Below the pieces are notes generated by a model, which was given only the letters and a program-made list of their open reading frames with translations, did not search any database and had not been told where the DNA came from. The translations under genes and the position numbers were made by a program. DNA of 64,000 nt, from contig CAVQUB010000003.1 in the NCBI GenBank assembly GCA_963716725.1, positions 160,001-224,000 of the forward strand. Reading direction: 5' to 3'. Positions 29,501 through 40,071 of this stretch are shown here, one piece after another. Position 1 is the stretch's first letter, and each line of letters begins with the position of its first letter. The stretch is from an uncultured delta proteobacterium. Lineage in GTDB: Bacteria > Myxococcota_A > Polyangia > Polyangiales > Polyangiaceae.

Positions 29501-32500
29501 CGGTCCGCGGTATTCGTCGCCGCCTACGCTTCCGGCTCCTCCGCACGCGCGGAGGTCTACCCCCGTCGTGCAGTTCGCGACCGCTTCTGGCGCTGGCTCC
29601 TCCGCACGCGCGGAGGTCTACCCCCACACCACAAGGCTAGCGCAAGCAAGCGCCAGGCTCCTCCGCACGCGCGGAGGTCTACCTCGACATCCGCTCGATG
29701 ACGCAGACGTGCACGCGGCTCCTCCGCACGCGCGGAGGTCTACCCAGCGGGCTTCGCTCGATGCTGTCGAAGCTGACGGCTCCTCCGCACGCGCGGAGGT
29801 CTACCCGCAGGCGGCACCGTCACGCAGGTCGGCCCGACGGCTCCTCCGCACGCGCGGAGGTCTACCCACCAGCACCACGGACGGCGGCAGCCTGGCCCAG
29901 GCTCCTCCGCACGCGCGGAGGTCTACCCCGGGTCCGCGATGCTTCCAGATACGCCTCTTCGGCTCCTCCGCACGCGCGGAGGTCTACCTGCCTCTACGAC
30001 GGCGCTCGGCTCGCATCCCAGGGCTCCTCCGCACGCGCGGAGGTCTACCTATCACTTTCCCGCTGAGTGCAGTCGCTCTGGGGCTCCTCCGCACGCGCGG
30101 AGGTCTACCCGATGCCGGTGATCGGCAAGCGTCTGGCGCGTTGGCTCCTCCGCACGCGCGGAGGTCTACCTGTCACGCTGCTGCTCAGCAAGCGCGAGCT
30201 TCAGGCTCCTCCGCACGCGCGGAGGTCTACCCCCGCAAGAATCGATCGGTGTGTCGAGCGGCCCGGCTCCTCCGCACGCGCGGAGGTCTACCTCGTGGTG
30301 GACGTGGCCCGTGTAGAAGTGGCGAGGCTCCTCCGCACGCGCGGAGGTCTACCGCCGTGGATCAAGACCGAGATCGACCGCGCGGGGGCTCCTCCGCACG
30401 CGCGGAGGTCTACCCGAATCGGCAGCGGGCAGAATCCTCCAAGCGGCGGCTCCTCCGCACGCGCGGAGGTCTACCCTCGGCGCGTCGAAGAGCGAGGCCG
30501 ACCGGCTGGGCTCCTCCGCACGCGCGGAGGTCTACCTATCACTTTCCCGCTGAGTGCAGTCGCTCTGGGGCTCCTCCGCACGCGCGGAGGTCTACCCGCT
30601 GACGGTGTACGGTCGGATCTCGAACTCGGGGCTCCTCCGCACGCGCGGAGGTCTACCCTCCAGGCGGGCCGCGGGAGCGCCTACACCACGGGCTCCTCCG
30701 CACGCGCGGAGGTCTACCGCCGCGGTGAGGTTCGTGAGCGCCGAGCCGTTGGGCTCCTCCGCACGCGCGGAGGTCTACCCCTTCGTCTCGCTCGGGTGCG
30801 AATCGACGTCTGGGCTCCTCCGCACGCGCGGAGGTCTACCCTGGGGACTCGCAGAGAACGGCGGACAGGCGGTGGCTCCTCCGCACGCGCGGAGGTCTAC
30901 CCCAGTAGTCCCCGTTAGGGTAGACGTACACGTCGGCTCCTCCGCACGCGCGGAGGTCTACCTGGACGTTGACCCATGGCGCGGACCTCTGTCCAGGCTC
31001 CTCCGCACGCGCGGAGGTCTACCTCGGCCTGAATAGCTATCAGACCATCCCGTTCGGGCTCCTCCGCACGCGCGGAGGTCTACCCACCATCCGGTTCTAC
31101 GGGGTCGGAGCGACGACGGCTCCTCCGCACGCGCGGAGGTCTACCCGTCGAGGGCTTCCTGGCTGCGCTCGAGAAGGCGGCTCCTCCGCACGCGCGGAGG
31201 TCTACCTTGATGTGACCGCGGGGACCTACACCTTCTCTGGGCTCCTCCGCACGCGCGGAGGTCTACCCGCAGCGGCGCAGATGAACCGCGGCGTTCCCGA
31301 GGCTCCTCCGCACGCGCGGAGGTCTACCTGTCCATCTCTCGCGCGCACGGCGGGACGAGCGGGCTCCTCCGCACGCGCGGAGGTCTACCTTGCGAAGCCA
31401 TGTGAGCATCGAGATAAAGCACGGCTCCTCCGCACGCGCGGAGGTCTACCGCCGAGGACACGCTTGCCTTGTTCGTGGACCTGGGCTCCTCCGCACGCGC
31501 GGAGGTCTACCCGACTTTTGGCTACTGGACCGCGGGTTCAGCGTGGCTCCTCCGCACGCGCGGAGGTCTACCCGAGTATTTACAGAGCACGTACTACCTC
31601 GCGCAGGCTCCTCCGCACGCGCGGAGGTCTACCTCAGCGAACAGGCTGAGGCGGTCGCGGAGGTCGGGCTCCTCCGCACGCGCGGAGGTCTACCCCTGAA
31701 GGCGGTGTCAGCTCTCGGGCGCAAGGGGGCTCCTCCGCACGCGCGGAGGTCTACCCGTCGTCCCCGCGCTGCCGTCCGTGCGGTGGTAGGCTCCTCCGCA
31801 CGCGCGGAGGTCTACCCCCCTATGGCGCATATGCGTCGGGCTCCGGCGAGGCTCCTCCGCACGCGCGGAGGTCTACCTCGTTGGCAAGTGGGGAAAAAAG
31901 GGCGGGCTGAGGCTCCTCCGCACGCGCGGAGGTCTACCTGGTGGGTAGCCGTTCCCGCTCCGGTCCAAGATGGCTCCTCCGCACGCGCGGAGGTCTACCC
32001 TCACCATCAAGACCAAGGCCGGTCGCATCCAGGGCTCCTCCGCACGCGCGGAGGTCTACCTTGGACGCAGGCCAACGGTGTCACGGTGTTTACGGCTCCT
32101 CCGCACGCGCGGAGGTCTACCTCGTGGAGAGCGACGAGGCGAGTGCGACGCTCGGGCTCCTCCGCACGCGCGGAGGTCTACCCGCGATGCCGTTGGACGG
32201 CGGGCACCGCAAGCAGGCTCCTCCGCACGCGCGGAGGTCTACCTGGCTGATGAGCGCGACCGCGTGGCCGCTCATGGGCTCCTCCGCACGCGCGGAGGTC
32301 TACCCGATCGAGTGTTGGGCGACGGAGTAGTTCTCGAGGCTCCTCCGCACGCGCGGAGGTCTACCTGGCTCCGGAGATTTGGAACTCGTTGAGCCGGCGG
32401 CTCCTCCGCACGCGCGGAGGTCTACCCGATCTGGGAAACCAGGGAGCAAATCAGCGTGCGGCTCCTCCGCACGCGCGGAGGTCTACCTCTGTTGGTACAA

Positions 32501-33341
32501 TCGCGCATCGTCGGCGGCGCGGCTCCTCCGCACGCGCGGAGGTCTACCTGTCCGCGTACCAGGCGATAGGCTGGCCCGAGGGGCTCCTCCGCACGCGCGG
32601 AGGTCTACCTGGCGCGAGGCAGAAAAGAAGGCGTATGGAGGCGGCTCCTCCGCACGCGCGGAGGTCTACCCCAAAGCGCAGCGTCACTGCCTACCACACT
32701 GCGGGCTCCTCCGCACGCGCGGAGGTCTACCCGCCTCCCGCAGCCGCTCGACCTCCGCGGTCAGGGCTCCTCCGCACGCGCGGAGGTCTACCTCAAGGCC
32801 ATGGTCGCCACTCGGCGCTGGTAGGGGCTCCTCCGCACGCGCGGAGGTCTACCGCTGACGAAGCGTTGCGCGACCCGATTGGCTCGGGCTCCTCCGCACG
32901 CGCGGAGGTCTACCTGTCCTCGTACCAGGCGATAGGCTGGCCCGAGGGGCTCCTCCGCACGCGCGGAGGTCTACCTCGCCCACCGGGATGCGGAATATCT
33001 CTGCGCCCGGCTCCTCCGCACGCGCGGAGGTCTACCTGCTGCGAAACAGACGTCATCTCGAGTTGCGGTGGCTCCTCCGCACGCGCGGAGGTCTACCCGG
33101 CGAGCTCGGACTCAATGTGCCTCAACCACGGGCTCCTCCGCACGCGCGGAGGTCTACCCGCATCGCCGCTGGAGACACCTTCGTGATCGACGGCTCCTCC
33201 GCACGCGCGGAGGTCTACCTCGAGGGAAAGATGGCGTTCAACGCGACGCGGCGGCTCCTCCGCACGCGCGGAGGTCTACCCCCCGGTCCAACTTCGTAAG
33301 TCTGTGGACACTGGGCTCCTCCGCACGCGCGGAGGTCCGGC
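26586..33341 (+). CRISPR. Type I-E CRISPR array, 112 repeats / 111 spacers
   Basis: 28-bp repeat GGCTCCTCCGCACGCGCGGAGGTCTACC (CCTCCGC/GCGGAGG stem). 61-bp period from 27399 onward, apart from two 32-nt spacers. The terminal repeat at 33314 is degenerate (...GGTCCGGC), supporting + orientation. Confidence 0.99.
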
Positions 33342-33437
33342 GGACCGCCGAGTCGCCACGCGGTGGGGCTACTTGCCCTCGCCACGGCCGGAGTCAGAGA
33401 TATGAAACGCCCTCGGCCTCGGGGCAATATCCCCCCG

Positions 33438-34121
33438 ATGCATGACGCGCTGTCCAACCCCACCCTGACCGCTGCGTCGCAACGAGCCCTCTCGGGGCTG
33501 CGCGATTTTTCGATGTTGCAGTGGTACGTGATACCGCTGTTGGCGGTCCTCTTCTACGTCTACGCCACCGAAGCGCAGAAGGCGCGGCGCAGCGGAGATT
33601 GGGCCCCGGTCCTCGCGGGGCTGACGCTCTTCGGAATGGACTTCGTCAACGAGAGCGTCAACGGTTGGATCCTGGCCTTGAGCGGCCGGTCGGCTTTGTG
33701 GACCGCGCCCGGCCCGACCGCGCTGCGCACCATGGTCGGTTGGAACCTCGAGATCATGTTCATGTTCGCGATCTCCGGCATCATCTACCACCACTCGCTC
33801 TCCGACGACCCGCAGCAGCGGCCGCTCTGGCGGCGACGCGAGGCGTGGGTCATCGCGGCGCTGTACTCGGCCTTCTGCGTGTTCATCGAGCTCTTTCTCA
33901 ACAAGGGTGGCCTGCTCGTCTGGGAGTACGCCTTTTGGACAAACTCGGTCGCTGGCGTCTGGCTCATCTTCCTGTTTGGCTATTTTCACTTCTATGTCGG
34001 CGTCATCTTGGTGCTCAGCCTGCGCAGGCTGCGCAGTCGGCTGATGGCAATAGGCGGCATCTACGGCACGGCCATCGCCTTGAACATCTTCGGCCTCGGC
34101 GTCATGGGCTGGCAGTACTGA
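33438..34121 (+). CDS. Hypothetical integral membrane protein
   Basis: About 6 hydrophobic, aromatic-rich segments. Start uncertain. Confidence 0.8.
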   Translation: MHDALSNPTLTAASQRALSGLRDFSMLQWYVIPLLAVLFYVYATEAQKARRSGDWAPVLAGLTLFGMDFVNESVNGWILALSGRSALWTAPGPTALRTMVGWNLEIMFMFAISGIIYHHSLSDDPQQRPLWRRREAWVIAALYSAFCVFIELFLNKGGLLVWEYAFWTNSVAGVWLIFLFGYFHFYVGVILVLSLRRLRSRLMAIGGIYGTAIALNIFGLGVMGWQY

Positions 34122-34185
34122 GGCGCGGCGCCGTCAGGTCCGAAAATGGCCAGACAGGGCGGCGCCCCGGCGCTACATCAGCGCC

Positions 34186-35622
34186 GTGAGCCTCGACCCG
34201 GACAGCTGCTACCGCGCGCTTTCGAGCCGTGATGGCCGCTTCGACGGCGTGTTCTTCGTCGGCGTCGAGACCACCGGCGTGTACTGCCGGCCCATCTGTC
34301 CCGCCCGCACGCCGGGCAAGACGCGCTGCGTATTCTTCGCCCACGCGGCCGAAGCGGAGCGCGCGGGTTTTCGCGCTTGCTTTCGTTGCCGGCCAGAGCT
34401 TGCGCCGGGGCTCGCCAGCGTGGACTCGGTGTCGCGGCTGGCAGCGCGCGCGGCGGAGCAAATCGACGCGGGCTACCTGAACGAGCATGGCGTGGACGAT
34501 CTCGCGGGCATGTTGAAGGTCTCGGCGCGGCACCTGCGTCGCGCGCTCGAAAGCGAGTTGGGCGTCACGCCCATCGAGCTGGCGCAGACGCGGCGCTTGG
34601 CGATGGCGAAGCAGTTGCTCACGGACACCCGCATGCCTTTGGCGGAGGTTGGCTTCGCGTCGGGGTTCTCCAGCGTGCGCCGCTTCAACGCGGCGGTGCG
34701 AACGCGCTTCGGGCGCCCGGCGTCTCTGCTCCGGGGCGCCGCGCCGGCGGGCGAAGGCGCCATCCCCCTGCGGCTCGATTTCCGCCCGCCCTTCGATTTC
34801 GGCGCCACCCTGGACTTCCTGCGCGCGCGCGCGATCCCCGGCGTGGAGCGGGTCGGCCCGGACGAGTACACGCGCAGCATCTGCATCGAGGGCGTCGTGG
34901 GCGCCGTCTCCGTGCGAATGCACCCAACGCGCTCTGCCCTCGTCGCGCGCGTGTCGTCGTCCCTCACGTCAAAGCTCATGCCCGTCGCTCAGCGCCTGCG
35001 CGCACTCTTCGATCTGGACGCGCGGCCGCAGCAGATCGCGGCTCATTTGCGGCGCGACCCCCTGCTCGCTCCCCTGGTGAAGCGCCACCGCGGGCTGCGC
35101 ATCGTGGGAGCGTTTTCCGGCTTCGAGACCGCCGTGCGCGTGGTGCTCGGCCAGCAGGTCTCGGTTCCGGCGGCGACGACGCTCTCCGGGCGCGTCGCGG
35201 AGCGCTTTGGCGGCGCGTCCGGGCTCGAGGGCGTCGAGCGGATCTTCCCGGAGCCGAAGGTGCTCGCGGCAGCGACCGTCTCCCAGGTGCGCTCTGTCGG
35301 CGTCACCGAAGCGCGAGCACGGACCATCATCACCCTGAGCCGCGGCGTCGCGACCGGGCGCATCGACCTGGCGACGAGCGAGCCGGAGCCGCTCGTGGCG
35401 CAGCTCCTCGGGCTGGCCGGCATCGGGCCATGGTCTGCCCACGCGATCGCGCTCCGAGCGCTCTCGTGGCCCGACGCCTTTCCCGGCGGCGACTTGGTGC
35501 TGCGCCGCGCCCTCGGCGTCGACTCCGCGCGGGAGGCCGAAGAGCGAGCGGCGGAGTGGGCGCCCTGGCGTGCCTACGCCGCGATGCTCTTGTGGCGTGC
35601 AAGCTCGAAAGGAGAAGATTGA
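34186..35622 (+). CDS. alkA: AdaA-AlkA fusion (Ada Zn domain, AraC HTH, DNA-3-methyladenine glycosylase II)
   Basis: RDGRFDGVFFVGVETTGVYCRPIC, FRACFRCRPE, GFSSVRRFN, GIGPWS and WAPWRAYA. Confidence 0.93.
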   Translation: MSLDPDSCYRALSSRDGRFDGVFFVGVETTGVYCRPICPARTPGKTRCVFFAHAAEAERAGFRACFRCRPELAPGLASVDSVSRLAARAAEQIDAGYLNEHGVDDLAGMLKVSARHLRRALESELGVTPIELAQTRRLAMAKQLLTDTRMPLAEVGFASGFSSVRRFNAAVRTRFGRPASLLRGAAPAGEGAIPLRLDFRPPFDFGATLDFLRARAIPGVERVGPDEYTRSICIEGVVGAVSVRMHPTRSALVARVSSSLTSKLMPVAQRLRALFDLDARPQQIAAHLRRDPLLAPLVKRHRGLRIVGAFSGFETAVRVVLGQQVSVPAATTLSGRVAERFGGASGLEGVERIFPEPKVLAAATVSQVRSVGVTEARARTIITLSRGVATGRIDLATSEPEPLVAQLLGLAGIGPWSAHAIALRALSWPDAFPGGDLVLRRALGVDSAREAEERAAEWAPWRAYAAMLLWRASSKGED

Positions 35623-36185
35623 TGCTGGTGCACACAGTGATGGCGTCACCGCTGGGCAAGCTAAAGCTCGTGGCGAACGATCGCGGGCTGGTCGCCGTGG
35701 CACTGCCAGGTCAAGACGCGAAGGACGAGAGCATCGCGGTGCGAAGCCACGCCGTGCTCGACCAAGCGGCGCGAGAGCTGTCCGAGTATTTCGCCGGCAA
35801 GCGCCATCGCTTCACCATCAAGCTAGAGTTGCGGGGCACGCCGTTTCAGAAGCATGTGTGGCGGGCGCTCGCGCGCATCCCCTTCGGAAGGCGTCGGAGC
35901 TACGGCGAGCTGGCCCATGCCATCGGCAAGCCGGGTGCCGCCCGCGCCGTGGGTCGCGCCAACGCCACCAACCCCATTGCCATCCTCCTGCCCTGTCATC
36001 GGGTCGTCGGTGCGGACGGCGCTCTCACGGGCTACGCCGGCGGGGTGGCCGCCAAGCGCTGGCTGCTCGATCACGAGGAAAGCGCCGCCGCGCTCTGCTC
36101 GCACGCGAGTGCGCCATGCCCAACCCGAGTCAGAACCACCGCGGCCTCTGCTTGCGCAACTCGGCGAGATCGGCGGCTGGCGTGA
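35622..36185 (+). CDS. ogt: Methylated-DNA--protein-cysteine methyltransferase
   Basis: GTPFQKHVW, RAVGRANATNP and PCHRV active site. ATG overlaps the alkA stop. Confidence 0.93.
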   Translation: MLVHTVMASPLGKLKLVANDRGLVAVALPGQDAKDESIAVRSHAVLDQAARELSEYFAGKRHRFTIKLELRGTPFQKHVWRALARIPFGRRRSYGELAHAIGKPGAARAVGRANATNPIAILLPCHRVVGADGALTGYAGGVAAKRWLLDHEESAAALCSHASAPCPTRVRTTAASACATRRDRRLA

Positions 36186-36419
36186 GACGCAGAATCCGAA
36201 CCGGTGCGCCGCGGTCGCGTGCTCCCAGCCGATGGTCTGGCAGAGCCGACTCGCTGGTGTGGCGCGCCCGACCAACTCGAGTGCGAGATCGCCGAGCTGA
36301 CGCGCGCCGACCGCCGCCAAGCGGTCCGCTCGACACCCGCACGACACATTCCCGCTACGAGTAGAAATCTGGGGCGTGGCACGGGTTCTGCTCTTCCGAA
36401 TCGGTGAGAGGTGCCGACC

Positions 36420-38141
36420 ATGTTCAACGCACGCCCCTTCATTCCGGTCCTGATGCTCGCCGTCAGCGTCAGCGCCTGCGCGGCGCCCGAATCGATCGCG
36501 GACTCGGAAACCTGTGAGCGCGCAGACACGTGTTTCGAGTTCTGCTTGTGCGCGACCCATGAGGTCGAGCAGTGCAAGTCGGCCTGCGACAAGCAGGGCA
36601 ACCTGAGCCCAACCGGCGGCGGGTGGGCATCGGGCGGAGCGGGTCCAAGCACCGGCGGCAGCGGCGCAGGTGGCAGCGGCGCGGGCGGCAGCGGCGCGGG
36701 TGGCAGCGGCGCTCCTGCCGGAGGCTCCGGCGGTAATCCTGCGAGCGGCGGCCAAGGTGGCGCCCAGAGTCCCGCGGGAGCCCTCGCCAGCGGCATCGAC
36801 ATCGCCGAGATCGCCGTCTACCAAGGCGTGAAGATCTCCATCGCGAAGGGCGGCAGCGCCATCACCAATCGCAACGCTCCCGTGGTCGCGGGGCGCCCCG
36901 CGCTGGTGCGGGTCTTCTTGAGCCCAAAACCGGGCTTCAGCCCCCGGGAGCTCTTGGTTCGCCTCACCCTCGCGGGCAAGAACTACGAAAAGAAGCAGCT
37001 CGTCAGCGCAGCTTCGACGGACGAGACCCTCGCGAGCTCTGTCAACTTCCAGCTCGACTCGAGCGCCATCGGCAAAGCCAGCGACTATTCAGTCAGCGTG
37101 GAAGAAACCGGAGCCGCGGCCGGCGGCGACACGAAGGGCGCGCGTCATCCGAGTCAGGGAACGGAGGCCCTCGGCGCCAAGGATGCCGGCGGCAAGCTCG
37201 ACGTGGTGATCGTGCCCATCGTCGTCGGTGGCCAAGCGCCCGACACGAGCCAAGCGCGGCTCGACGCCTACCAGCAGCGGCTGTTCCAGCTTTATCCCGT
37301 GCCGGACGTCACGGTCTCGCTGCACGCTCCGGTCACCTACTCTGGGAGCATCAGCGGCAAGAGCGGGAGCCAGTGGGGCGCCGCCCTCGACTTCCTGTAC
37401 TCGCTCCGATCCAGCGAACAGCCGAGCTCGGACAAATACTACTATGGGGTGTTCGCCCCCGCTCCGAGCTTCTCGCAGTACTGCAGCGGAGGTTGCATCG
37501 CGGGTCTCAGCGCGCTGTCCCCCGCCGACGACGTCTTCAGTCGTGGCTCCATTGGCCTGGGGTTCTTCGCTCAGAACAGCTCTTTCAACAGTCCCGATAC
37601 GATGAGCCACGAGCTCGGTCACGCGCACGGTCTGCCCCACGCGCCCTGCGGAGTCGCCGGCGAAGGACCCTTTCCCTACGCCGGAGCCAAGATCGGTGCG
37701 TGGGGTTGGGATCTGCTCGGGTCGACGCTGCTGCCACCGACGAGTCGCGTCGACGTGATGAGCTACTGCGATCCGACCTGGATCAGTGACTTCAACTACG
37801 ACCGCCTGTTCAAGAGGGTGACCCACGTGCACGGCGTGCAGAGCCAGTGGATCGTGGAGCCCAACCGCGCGCCGGGGCGCTTCGTCAGCGTATTGGTGGA
37901 CGAAAACGGCGCTCCGAGCTGGGGCCACAGCTTCGACCTCGTGGATCCCGTTCTCGGCGACGCCGTCGAGCTCGAGCTGCTGGACGAAAGCGGGTCGGCT
38001 CGCGGCACCACCTCGGCCTACCGCTACGCGCTGAGCCACACCGAAGGCGAGCTGCTCCTGGTGCGCGAGTCCTCCTTCGCAACAGCTCACGCCATCCGGC
38101 GCGACGGGCGTCCCTCGCTCGCGGTGGCCGAGCGGCGCTGA
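36420..38141 (+). CDS. Secreted Zn metalloprotease lipoprotein (metzincin, M66-like)
   Basis: Lipobox VSAC, GGSGA linker repeats, HELGHAHGLPH and DVMSYC Met-turn. Confidence 0.82.
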   Translation: MFNARPFIPVLMLAVSVSACAAPESIADSETCERADTCFEFCLCATHEVEQCKSACDKQGNLSPTGGGWASGGAGPSTGGSGAGGSGAGGSGAGGSGAPAGGSGGNPASGGQGGAQSPAGALASGIDIAEIAVYQGVKISIAKGGSAITNRNAPVVAGRPALVRVFLSPKPGFSPRELLVRLTLAGKNYEKKQLVSAASTDETLASSVNFQLDSSAIGKASDYSVSVEETGAAAGGDTKGARHPSQGTEALGAKDAGGKLDVVIVPIVVGGQAPDTSQARLDAYQQRLFQLYPVPDVTVSLHAPVTYSGSISGKSGSQWGAALDFLYSLRSSEQPSSDKYYYGVFAPAPSFSQYCSGGCIAGLSALSPADDVFSRGSIGLGFFAQNSSFNSPDTMSHELGHAHGLPHAPCGVAGEGPFPYAGAKIGAWGWDLLGSTLLPPTSRVDVMSYCDPTWISDFNYDRLFKRVTHVHGVQSQWIVEPNRAPGRFVSVLVDENGAPSWGHSFDLVDPVLGDAVELELLDESGSARGTTSAYRYALSHTEGELLLVRESSFATAHAIRRDGRPSLAVAERR

Positions 38142-38265
38142 GCCTTGCCCCGAAGCAGGCCGAGGGCGCGGAAATCGACGACCTGAAACCTCTGGGTGCG
38201 CCTAACCCCTGGTCGATCTATGCTTTCGCTCAGGAGGGCGGCGCCCGAGTTCGAGCCAGTCGCGA

Positions 38266-39327
38266 ATGTTGGAATCTGCCGCGCGGCACGCCGCGAGTAT
38301 CGAGGTCGAGAGCACATCGGCTCTCCTTGTGCTGTCCGGGCCGCAGCACGTCTTCCTGGGCGAGGTCGCTCGTCAGAGCGGCGCGGAGATCAGCCTGCGC
38401 GGCAACGTCATCCACCTGGCTGGAGACGAAGACGACGTGCGCGTCGCGCAGCGCTTCTTGGTCGACGCCATGGTGCTGGTGAGCCGCGGCCACCAGCTGA
38501 CTCCGAGCGACGTTGGCCGCGCGCTGCGCGAGCTACGCATCGATCCGGACATCTCCCTCGTCGATCTGCTCGACGAAGCCATCTTGGTCTCGCCTCGACG
38601 CAGGGCCGTGCTGCCCAAGAGCCCGGCGCAGCGGGGCTACATCGAGGCCATTCGAAAGCACGACCTCACCTTCGGCATCGGCCCGGCGGGAACCGGCAAG
38701 ACCTACTTGGCGATGGCCATGGCGGCCTCCGCCTTGATGGCCAAGACCGTGAAGCGCATCGTGCTCACGCGTCCTGCGGTGGAGGCCGGCGAGAAGCTCG
38801 GTTTCTTGCCGGGTGACCTGGCCGAGAAGGTCAACCCGTACCTGCGCCCGCTCTACGACGCGCTCCACGACATGCTCGATTTCGACAAGGTCGAGCAGCT
38901 GCGGGAGCGTGGACAGATCGAGGTCGCGCCGCTGGCCTTCATGCGCGGCCGCACGCTCAACGACTCCTTCGTGATCCTGGACGAGGCCCAGAACGCCACC
39001 AGCGAGCAGATGCGCATGTTCCTGACCCGCCTCGGCTTCGGCTCCAAGGCCGTGGTCACCGGCGACATCACCCAGACCGACTTGCCGCGCGGCGCCCGCA
39101 GCGGCCTCCGAGAGGCCCGCGATCTCCTGTCGGCGGTCGAGGGCATCGCGTTTCGCGCGTTCAGTGACGTCGACGTGGTGCGCCACCCCATCGTTCAGAA
39201 GATCGTCATCGCCTACGAGGCGCAAGACGCCGAGCAAGCCCGGCTGCGCGAAGACAAACGCCTGGCGCGGGAGGCCCTGAGGCCCGAGAGCGCCGACGAG
39301 GGATCTCCGGACGACCGGCCGCGTTGA
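38266..39327 (+). CDS. phoH: PhoH-family ATPase
   Basis: [40 protein letters not shown] and DVVRH. Confidence 0.95.
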   Translation: MLESAARHAASIEVESTSALLVLSGPQHVFLGEVARQSGAEISLRGNVIHLAGDEDDVRVAQRFLVDAMVLVSRGHQLTPSDVGRALRELRIDPDISLVDLLDEAILVSPRRRAVLPKSPAQRGYIEAIRKHDLTFGIGPAGTGKTYLAMAMAASALMAKTVKRIVLTRPAVEAGEKLGFLPGDLAEKVNPYLRPLYDALHDMLDFDKVEQLRERGQIEVAPLAFMRGRTLNDSFVILDEAQNATSEQMRMFLTRLGFGSKAVVTGDITQTDLPRGARSGLREARDLLSAVEGIAFRAFSDVDVVRHPIVQKIVIAYEAQDAEQARLREDKRLAREALRPESADEGSPDDRPR

Positions 39328-39366
39328 CGAACGCGCTCTGCTCGGGCGAGCGCTCCGCGAGCGAGG
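39296..39366 (+). repeat. Left direct repeat flanking Uma2 (phoH 3' end plus downstream)
   Basis: About 62/71 identical to 39997-40065 by manual alignment. Confidence 0.85.
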
Positions 39367-39387
39367 CTGCCGGCGTTCAGCTCGAAG

Positions 39388-39954
39388 TCAGAGCTGCCAC
39401 AGCAGCGCCAAGTCGAGCACGATCGCGTCGAAAGGTTCGGCGCGCACCGCCGCGGCCTCGCGCCAGGTGTCGATGACGCGATACGTGTCACCGTCCAGCC
39501 GGAGCACTTCCAGCGTCTTCGCAATCGGATCGACGAGCCATGCGTGTCCAACGCGCGCGCGGGCGTAAAGCGGAAGCTTGTCCGCGCGGTCGAAGGCCTG
39601 AGTCGATGGTGAGAGCACCTCGCACGCCCAGTCCGGTGCCTGCGTAAAGAACGGAACGTCCGGGATCTCCGGCATGCTGGCCCGCCGCCATCCCGCTAGG
39701 TCGGGGACCACCACGTCGGCGCCGAGGTGCAGCTCGGGTTCGTCGAGGATCACCCAGCCGCCCGGGCCTCCGCGTCCACGCCGAAACGGCGGCCCCAACT
39801 CTTCCCCCAGAACAGACGCCGCGTTGGTGTGCCGGGCCGCGGGGCGTGGATGCGTGTGCAGGACACCCTCGACGAGTTCGGCAACCTTGTTCGGCGGTGC
39901 CGTCAAGACGTCCTCGTAGGTCGCACGGCGGCGCGCGGGACTGACCACGCTCAA
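39388..39954 (-). CDS. Uma2-family (DUF820) putative endonuclease
   Basis: ATYEDVL, GPGGWVILDEPELHL...VPDLAGWR, APDWACEVLSPST and WLVDP. Confidence 0.93.
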   Translation of the reverse strand: MSVVSPARRRATYEDVLTAPPNKVAELVEGVLHTHPRPAARHTNAASVLGEELGPPFRRGRGGPGGWVILDEPELHLGADVVVPDLAGWRRASMPEIPDVPFFTQAPDWACEVLSPSTQAFDRADKLPLYARARVGHAWLVDPIAKTLEVLRLDGDTYRVIDTWREAAAVRAEPFDAIVLDLALLWQL

Positions 39955-39996
39955 AGCGTGCCTTCCTCGACCTCTCGGTGCAACCCCCTACCGGAC

Positions 39997-40065
39997 ACGA
40001 GGGATCCCCGAACGCCCAGCCTCGTTGACGAACGCGCCCGCTCGGGCGAGCCTCCGCGACCGAGG
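39997..40065 (+). repeat. Right direct repeat flanking Uma2 (relic phoH 3' end EGSPNAQPR*)
   Basis: ACGAGGGATCCCCGAACGCCCAGCCTCGTTGACGAACGCG... matches the phoH tail ACGAGGGATCTCCGGACGACCGGCCGCGTTGACGAACGCG... Confidence 0.85.
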
Positions 40066-40071
40066 GCAACG

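Noticed and set aside
26614..33313. Self-targeting spacers within the window
   Set aside because: Only matches of about 12 nt or less were noticed, which is expected by chance. A genome-wide search is needed.
33365..33378. 14-nt match GGGGCTACTTGCCC also at ~42088
   Set aside because: Short, and there is no coherent element between the two copies. Likely chance.
26499..33445. Many ORFs with repeating GSSARAEVY / LLRTRGGLP / APPHARRST peptides
   Set aside because: These are translations of the CRISPR repeat in three frames, not proteins.
33438..36185. Membrane protein and alkA/ogt as CRISPR-associated accessory genes
   Set aside because: They lie beyond the degenerate terminal repeat, have no CARF/WYL-type motifs, and adjacency alone is not evidence.
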